The position numbers were made by a program, and so were the translations under genes. From Candidatus Latescibacter sp. (GTDB taxonomy: Bacteria; Latescibacterota; Latescibacteria; Latescibacterales; Latescibacteraceae), in the NCBI GenBank assembly GCA_030692375.1, contig JAUYCD010000054.1, forward strand, positions 1 to 55,915: 55,915 nucleotides of DNA. The letters are read 5' to 3'. Each line of letters starts with the position of its first letter. The stretch's first letter is position 1. Positions 50,004-55,915 of this stretch are shown in pieces. The notes beneath the pieces are model-generated. The model was not told the origin of the DNA and ran no database searches. It worked only from the letters and a program-made list of their open reading frames with translations.

Positions 50004-50720
50004 TCAATCAAAAACACCAGTATATTGGCATCTACAAAAACCTCTTTCATCATCATATTGTTTGTGAGTGCATTCTTTGCATGGGATTGGCATCTTTTCC
50101 AATGCTTCTTCAATTGTAAAAACTTTCCCATTTAATTTTTGACATGCTTCACAAGAATTTGTACCCATGGTATTTATTTTTACTTTTTTTGTTATTCCAC
50201 TTTGTTTTTCATGTAATAAATACATTTCCGCTGCACTCTTTAGCAAATGGAAACAATCTCTTCTTTCTCTATTACAGAATAATGCCATTTGATAATATAT
50301 TATATATAATTCTCCCAATTCATTATTTTTAATTTTTTTCATAATAAGTTCATTAAATAATGACCATATAACATCTCTATCATTTGCTTCCGATGTTAAT
50401 TTTATAGTAAGTTCTTTCTTGCGTTTATCATATTCTTTTTCTGTTATTCCATAATTACCCAATAGTTGCATTATACTTTTTCTATAATTTATCTTATCCC
50501 ATTCCATTTCAATTTTCTTAGCATCATTTTCAGTTACTAATACCTTCTTTTTGTTTGTTGGCAATGTTCTCACATAAATAAAATTGTTACAGAAAGGACA
50601 TTTCTTCTTTCGTGTAGGCTTTTGTTCAAGAATATTTTTGCAATATGGACAAATTGACTTCAAATCAGTTTCATTTTCACTTATCTGATTTGAGAATATC
50701 TTTTTAAAAAAATTTGTCAT
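50004..50720 (-). CDS. hypothetical zinc-ribbon protein, very AT-rich gene
   Basis: ATG at 50720 preceded by AAAGGAGAG. N-terminal CPYC-x15-CPFC ribbon. C-terminal CEACQKLNGKVF-x13-CKEC-x13-FCRCQY resembles the Cys motif at the end of Phage_Mu_F/SPP1-gp7-type domains (resemblance only). Its composition differs strongly from its neighbours. Confidence 0.55.
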   Translation of the reverse strand: MTNFFKKIFSNQISENETDLKSICPYCKNILEQKPTRKKKCPFCNNFIYVRTLPTNKKKVLVTENDAKKIEMEWDKINYRKSIMQLLGNYGITEKEYDKRKKELTIKLTSEANDRDVIWSLFNELIMKKIKNNELGELYIIYYQMALFCNRERRDCFHLLKSAAEMYLLHEKQSGITKKVKINTMGTNSCEACQKLNGKVFTIEEALEKMPIPCKECTHKQYDDERGFCRCQYTGVFD

Positions 50721-50924
50721 AGTTGCTCTCCTTTGGGTTGTTTGAAGACATGTATTTTTCATTTCTTTGGTTGAGGGTAGATAAAATTGCTTTATAATTA
50801 TAAATTTATAAACAATATTTGTCAATGGTTTTTATATATAATCAAAAGAGGCCCGCCCACCTCCAAGCGAGCCTTTCTTTTATCCGCGTCAATCCGCGAA
50901 ATCCGCGGCTAATCTTTTTCCCCC

Positions 50925-52349
50925 TCATACATCCAGAATCTTCCCCGGATTCATGATGTTGTTGGGATCGACCGCGCGCTTGATCTTGCGCATGAACTCA
51001 AGCTCTGCGTCGGTGTTGACAATGTGCATGTATTTCTTGCGCTTGTGGCCGATTCCGTGCTCGCCGGAGATGGTGCCGCCGAGCTTTTTGGCGGCGATGT
51101 AGAGCTCTTCGAGCGCGGGCGGAATGATGCCGTACCACTGCTCCATGGTGTGCGACGGATTCTTGATGAGGGTAGCGTGCAGGTTGCCGTCGCCGGCGTG
51201 TCCGTAGCAGGGTATCTGGATGTCGTACTTTTTGGAGATGCGGGCGATTTCCGGCATCAGGTCGGGAATCTGCGCTGTGGGAACCACGATGTCCTCGAGG
51301 CTCTGATGCGGGCTGACCACTTTGAACGCCTCGGCGATATTGCGCCGGACGCTCCAGAGACGCTCCTGGGTGGTGTAGTTGTCGGCCACATAGACTTCCT
51401 GGGCGCCGTTGTCCATACAGAGGTTGCCGATGGTGTCGTATTCGCCCTCGACCACCTGCTCGTTGGTGCCATCCACCTCGATGAGGAGCATCGCCCCCGC
51501 CTGCTGGTAGGGAATCTTCTCGTTGAGGTAGTTGCAGGAGGTGTGCACCGAAAGTTGGTCCATGAATTCGATTGCGGTCGGGATTATGCCGCCCTGGGTC
51601 ATGATTTTGGGAACCACGCTGATTGCAGTCTGCACATCAGGGAACAACGCCAGAAGATCGACTTTGGCCTTGGGAAGCGGGAGGAGCTTGATGATCACCT
51701 TGGTAATGATGCCGAGAGTCCCCTCGGAGCCGACCATGAGCATACGGATGTTATAGCCGGAAACATCTTTCATGCGCTTGCCGCCGAACGATACTATCTC
51801 GCCTGTGGGAGTGACCATCTCGATTCCCATGATATAGCGCTCGGTGACCCCGTACTTGACCGCTTTGCCGCCGCCAGCGTTCTCGGCAACATTTCCGCCC
51901 ACATAGCAGGTCTCGAGGCTCATGGGGTATCCGGCGAAGAAAAGGCCGAGGTCCTTGATGCGGTTGTTTATCTCGTTGGTCACCACACCGGGCTCGACCA
52001 CCACCATCATATTCCGCTCGTCGATTTCAAGGATACGATTCATCCGTTCCATCGAGAGGAGAATTCCTCCGTACAGAGGAACCGCACCGCCGGATAGGCC
52101 GGAGCCTGCCCCGCGCGGGGTGACCGGAATCCGCTTTTCGTTGGCCAGGCGCACGATGGCGGCGATTTCTTCAGCAGTGCGGGGCTTGACCACCACCTCA
52201 GGCATGTGGGCGTATTCCGCCTCCGCCACCTCGTCGTGGGAATAGGGCTCCATTTTTTCTTCATCGGTGATGACAAACTGCTCCCCGAGAATCAGTCGCA
52301 GCCGTTCCAGCACCTCTCTATCCACTTTTCCGTATTGATATTGGCTCAT
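50925..52349 (-). CDS. FAD-binding oxidoreductase, GlcD/D-lactate dehydrogenase family
   Basis: 474 aa. FAD_binding_4 motifs ([14 protein letters not shown]) and a C-terminal FAD-oxidase domain ([13 protein letters not shown]). Confidence 0.88.
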   Translation of the reverse strand: MSQYQYGKVDREVLERLRLILGEQFVITDEEKMEPYSHDEVAEAEYAHMPEVVVKPRTAEEIAAIVRLANEKRIPVTPRGAGSGLSGGAVPLYGGILLSMERMNRILEIDERNMMVVVEPGVVTNEINNRIKDLGLFFAGYPMSLETCYVGGNVAENAGGGKAVKYGVTERYIMGIEMVTPTGEIVSFGGKRMKDVSGYNIRMLMVGSEGTLGIITKVIIKLLPLPKAKVDLLALFPDVQTAISVVPKIMTQGGIIPTAIEFMDQLSVHTSCNYLNEKIPYQQAGAMLLIEVDGTNEQVVEGEYDTIGNLCMDNGAQEVYVADNYTTQERLWSVRRNIAEAFKVVSPHQSLEDIVVPTAQIPDLMPEIARISKKYDIQIPCYGHAGDGNLHATLIKNPSHTMEQWYGIIPPALEELYIAAKKLGGTISGEHGIGHKRKKYMHIVNTDAELEFMRKIKRAVDPNNIMNPGKILDV

Positions 52350-52350
52350 A

Positions 52351-53358
52351 TCACATTCCCTTTTGCGCTTTTCGCTGGTCCAGTTCTTTCATCAGCTCCG
52401 GAACCACCTCGAACAGATCGCCCACAATCCCGAAATCGGCGACATGGAAAATCTGGGCGTCCGGATCGTTGTTGATCGCCACGATGGTCTCGGAGGTCTT
52501 CATCCCTGCCAGGTGCTGGATGGAACCGGATATTCCGACCGCAATGTAGAGCTTCGGAACCACCGTCTTGCCGCTGAGACCGACCTGCTGGGGATATTCC
52601 GCCCAGCCGCGGTCCACCGCATCCCGGCTTGCGCCCACCGCCGCGCCGAGCGTGTGGGCCAGCGCTTGGATCAGTTTGAAATTCTCGCCCTTTTTCATCC
52701 CCCGCCCTCCGCTCACCACGCGGTCGGCTTCCTCGATATTGACATCACCGGTCACAATCGGACGGAAACCGAGTCGTTCCTCACGGCCTTGCAGTAGTTC
52801 TTCGGGTATTGTTACCTCGACAATTTTCCCCTTACGGCCCGGTGTTCGTTTCGGAATCGGAGTCGATTTCGGGCGGACTGTGGCCATCTGGGGACGGTAA
52901 TTCGGAGTTTTGATTGTAGCCATGATGTTGCCGCCGATGGCCGGGCGGGTCTGGAGGAGATTGCCGGTATCCGCCTCAATATCCAGCTCCGTGCAGTCGG
53001 CGGTCAGACCGGTTTTGATCTTCGCGGCCACATAGGGCATAAGTGTCCGTCCCTGGGTGCTCGCCCCTGCAATGAAGATTTCCGGGTCGTATGTTTTAAT
53101 GAGATGAACCAGAACCTTGGAATACTGCTCGTTTACATAGTATTTCAAACGGGGCTCCTCGACCAGGTAGACCTTGTCGGCTCCGCGCTCGAAAAGCTCC
53201 TGTAAGCCTCCACGGTCAATATCCGCTCCGATGAGCACACACGCCAGCTCTGTCCCGCGCTTGTCCGCCAGGGCGCGGCCCCTGGAAAGCAGTTCAAAAG
53301 CCAGCGGCTCCAGGCGCCCTTCGTATTGTTCGGCGAATGTCCACACACCTTTGGCCAA
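52351..53358 (-). CDS. etfA: electron transfer flavoprotein alpha subunit
   Basis: 335 aa. C-terminal FAD-binding signature [19 protein letters not shown]. Confidence 0.93.
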   Translation of the reverse strand: MAKGVWTFAEQYEGRLEPLAFELLSRGRALADKRGTELACVLIGADIDRGGLQELFERGADKVYLVEEPRLKYYVNEQYSKVLVHLIKTYDPEIFIAGASTQGRTLMPYVAAKIKTGLTADCTELDIEADTGNLLQTRPAIGGNIMATIKTPNYRPQMATVRPKSTPIPKRTPGRKGKIVEVTIPEELLQGREERLGFRPIVTGDVNIEEADRVVSGGRGMKKGENFKLIQALAHTLGAAVGASRDAVDRGWAEYPQQVGLSGKTVVPKLYIAVGISGSIQHLAGMKTSETIVAINNDPDAQIFHVADFGIVGDLFEVVPELMKELDQRKAQKGM

Positions 53359-53421
53359 AACCGATCCTCCTCATATTTTATCATTCTCATCATGCGAATC
53401 AGTGGTTCAGACAATTTTTCC

Positions 53422-54216
53422 TTATAAAAAATCCTTCTCTGCGAGAAAATCCGCCAATTGCTCCACCGCTTTCTTCACCCCTGTCTTCTTCATGTCCACA
53501 AGAACGCCGTTACGGGTTACCTTGGGCTGCATGATTTTCACCACCCGGGTCGGAGAGCCTTTGAGGCCCAGGTCATCCTCCGCCACAGTCAGGTTGTCCT
53601 TGCCCTTGACCGGAATTGCTTTTTTACGGGCGCTTTGCTTCCCACGGAGTGTAGGAAGACGCGGCGAGCTTATTTCATTTACCACAGTGATCAGGCAGGG
53701 CAGCGGAAGGCGCACCGTCTCATACCCGCCCTCGATGAGCCGCTCGACCGTCACCGTATTTCCTTCGATGCTGAGGATTTTGCTCACAAAAGTCGCCACC
53801 GGAAGGTTCAGCATGGAAGCCATCTCCGGCCCCACCTGGCCCGTGTCACCGTCAGTGGCGCGGACACCTGCCACAATGATATCAAATTCACCGAGATCTT
53901 TTACCGCCTGGGAGAGCACATAGGAGGTTGCCCAGGTATCCGAGCCGGCAAACGCCTTATCGGTCAAAAGGACGCCGTCATCGCACCCCATGGAGAGCGC
54001 CTCGCGTATGGCTTTCTCCGCCTTCGGCGGCCCCATCGAGAGCACCGAAATATTCCCGCCGAACTGTTCCTTGAGCTGCAGGGCGCATTCTATTGCATAA
54101 AGATCGAGCGGGTTTACGATGCTCTCCACTCCTTCACGGATCATCGTGCCCGTTTTCTCATCCATTTTTACATTGCCGGTCTCCGGGACCTGTTTTATCG
54201 GAACGATTATTTTCAT
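53422..54216 (-). CDS. etfB: electron transfer flavoprotein beta subunit
   Basis: 264 aa. MKIIVPIKQVPE N-terminus and VAGVRATDGDTGQVGP. Confidence 0.93.
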   Translation of the reverse strand: MKIIVPIKQVPETGNVKMDEKTGTMIREGVESIVNPLDLYAIECALQLKEQFGGNISVLSMGPPKAEKAIREALSMGCDDGVLLTDKAFAGSDTWATSYVLSQAVKDLGEFDIIVAGVRATDGDTGQVGPEMASMLNLPVATFVSKILSIEGNTVTVERLIEGGYETVRLPLPCLITVVNEISSPRLPTLRGKQSARKKAIPVKGKDNLTVAEDDLGLKGSPTRVVKIMQPKVTRNGVLVDMKKTGVKKAVEQLADFLAEKDFL

Positions 54217-54598
54217 GAACTTCCCCTGATGGTTAAGGTATGCGTTTATGGGTATTGATTAAAATGAAATATTTCTCTTGGAAAATACAGATTCAGATTC
54301 GGCATGACATAGGTTTGTCGCTTATGGGTATTTTTCTATCACAGGGTTTTATGATAGATTTTATAATATATCAGATGGGTAAAAAAAGGACAAGAACGAT
54401 TTGAAAATCAATCAATTGTCCTGAGTTTTAAGCTCAAATTTACTTTTTAACTGAAAAAAACTTGTTTACAGAATCGAAAAGTATTATTACTCAGTATCGA
54501 AAAGATTATTGGTGCAGCTCATCCTTTCATTATTATCCCAGGTATATCGGTTGCCTAAACGTACAATAAATCACTGTTCAATCACAACGGGAGGAAAT

Positions 54599-55747
54599 AT
54601 GGAAACACGGCGTGAATTCTTGCAGAAAACAGCGGCAGCCGGAATTGCCGGAATCGTTGCATCCAGGGTAGCGCCTGCTTTTGCGAAAGAAAGAGTTGCC
54701 AAAAGCGGCATCACTTTGGAAGAGGCCTGGAAAGTGCATAAGAAATGCCTCATCATCGACGGTCACAATGATACCCCGGTCGAACGGGTCGCGCGGAAAG
54801 AGAATCCGATGAACTGGATGCAGAAGGATATGTCCTACCATACCGACATCCCCAGGATGAAGGGAAACGGGCAGCAGTACACAGCATTCATGATCGTTGG
54901 GAACGGCCTTGTGGCCAATGTCTGGGCCACTACCGAACGGGTTATGGACACGATTGATCTCTACCCGAAAGATATCATGCAGGTGCTTACCTCTGCCGAT
55001 GCGGTACGCGCCGGAAAGTCGGGAAAAGTAGGCGTCATCCTCTCCATAGAGGGAGCTGCAAAATGGCTCGAAGGGAGAATCGAAACCCTTCATATATTCT
55101 ATCGTCTTGGGGTGCGTCTTGTGGGCATCACCCACGGGGAAGGCGGGAAAGACCCGAACAACCTCCAGGGTTCCCCAAGTCTTTACCGTCCCTGCACTAT
55201 GGAAGAACGTGAAGCCGACCGAAAGAACGCGATTGGGCTGACTCCGTTCGGCTTTGAGGTTCTGAAGGCGGAAAATGAGCTGGGTATCGTCACCGATACG
55301 GCCCATATCAACGACAAGGCCTTTTATGATGTCATGGAGCATTCCACGAGGCCGCCTATCATGTCCCATACGGCGGTGTTCGCTCTCTGCCAGCACGCGC
55401 GGTGCCTTACGGACGACCAGATCAAGGCGCTCGCCGCAAAAGGCGGGGTCATGGGCATCGCCTTCGCCCCCATGTTCATCGACGCCGATCCCGCAAAGGC
55501 AACTGTCGACCGCGTGGTGGATCATATCCTGTATGCGGCGGACCTGGTTGGTATCGACACGGTAGGAATCGGCACCGATTATGACGGCCTGGGAAGAACG
55601 ATTCCGGTAGTTCCCGAAGTTTCGCAGTTGGTGAATCTCACACGCGCCATGATGGCTCGCGGATTGACCGAAGAAGAAATAAAGAAAGTCTGGGGCGGCA
55701 ATTTCCTGCGGGTATTGCAAAAGACTATCGATAAGCCGAGGAAATGA
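54599..55747 (+). CDS. membrane dipeptidase (peptidase family M19) with a twin-arginine signal peptide
   Basis: ATG at 54599 preceded by GGGAGG. Tat motif TRREFLQ followed by ...APAFA. Zn-ligand motif IIDGHNDTP and VGIGTDYDG. The track start at 54509 adds an unlikely leader. Confidence 0.88.
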   Translation: METRREFLQKTAAAGIAGIVASRVAPAFAKERVAKSGITLEEAWKVHKKCLIIDGHNDTPVERVARKENPMNWMQKDMSYHTDIPRMKGNGQQYTAFMIVGNGLVANVWATTERVMDTIDLYPKDIMQVLTSADAVRAGKSGKVGVILSIEGAAKWLEGRIETLHIFYRLGVRLVGITHGEGGKDPNNLQGSPSLYRPCTMEEREADRKNAIGLTPFGFEVLKAENELGIVTDTAHINDKAFYDVMEHSTRPPIMSHTAVFALCQHARCLTDDQIKALAAKGGVMGIAFAPMFIDADPAKATVDRVVDHILYAADLVGIDTVGIGTDYDGLGRTIPVVPEVSQLVNLTRAMMARGLTEEEIKKVWGGNFLRVLQKTIDKPRK

Positions 55748-55764
55748 GAGGAAAAAAAATATAA

Positions 55765-55809
55765 AAATGTCTGAACCATGATTCACTGGATTAGAGGATT
55801 ACCATGATG
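55765..55809. repeat. family-C short repeat
   Basis: AAATGTCTGAACCATGATTCACTGGATTAGAGGATTACCATGATG. Confidence 0.7.
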
Positions 55810-55817
55810 TAAAAATA

Positions 55818-55877
55818 GATGCCGAAACAAGTTCGGCATGACACGTGTCATCCTGAACTCGTTTCAGGATCTAATTC
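55818..55877. repeat. family-A modular palindromic repeat, short form (H1+H2+H3+GATCTAATT tail)
   Basis: GATGCCGAAACAAGTTCGGCATGACACGTGTCATCCTGAACTCGTTTCAGGATCTAATT. Confidence 0.9.
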
Positions 55878-55915
55878 CAATTATTTTTCAAATTGGCGTA
55901 AAACCTCACCCGCCC

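Noticed and set aside
54578-55786. 402-aa minus-strand ORF almost co-extensive with the dipeptidase gene
   Set aside because: The plus-strand frame carries the Tat signal, the DGHND zinc motif and the GIGTDYDG motif of M19 dipeptidases. The minus-strand product has none and is R/H/G-rich.

Overview
This 55.9-kb window comes from a roughly mid-50s %GC bacterium (GC judged by eye, not computed; taxon not assignable from the sequence). It is almost entirely coding, and nearly all genes are on the minus strand. The content is mostly housekeeping. It holds a heterodimeric ABC exporter pair, rlpA, pyrD-pyrK, a TPR lipoprotein, carB, pyk and nnr. A very long, translationally coupled string runs glnB-argR-argC-argB-argD-(GT-C glycosyltransferase)-argG-argH-(short NAGS-like GNAT)-HAD. 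Divergent glnE, gltB-gltD, an envelope-related cluster (URO-D-like, MacB-type ABC, secreted protein, radical SAM/SPASM, UPF0104), etfB-etfA-glcD-like and a Tat-exported M19 dipeptidase complete the set. I found no rRNA, CRISPR array, integrase or recognisable transposase. Six things stand out. (1) An AT-richer two-gene module, an AAA_21/ABC-type ATPase plus a DUF4276-like protein, is spliced by ATGA overlaps between HAD and nnr. Its architecture resembles PARIS/OLD-type defence systems, and I know of no assigned function for this pairing. (2) Intergenic DNA is built from mosaic, modular palindromic repeats; at least five module families recur and are shuffled between copies. They supply stop codons and C-termini (DPETSSG*) to carB and an ABC transporter, contribute to a signal peptide, and sit in-frame inside gltD (twice) and glnE. 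(3) A low-GC orphan gene is bracketed by identical 34-nt direct repeats, like a cassette. (4) lepB carries an in-frame TGA. (5) An orphan tRNA 5' half lies near the left edge. (6) A small accessory patch holds two apparently orphan antitoxins and a very AT-rich zinc-ribbon protein. All family assignments come from motif recognition by eye and need profile searches to confirm.
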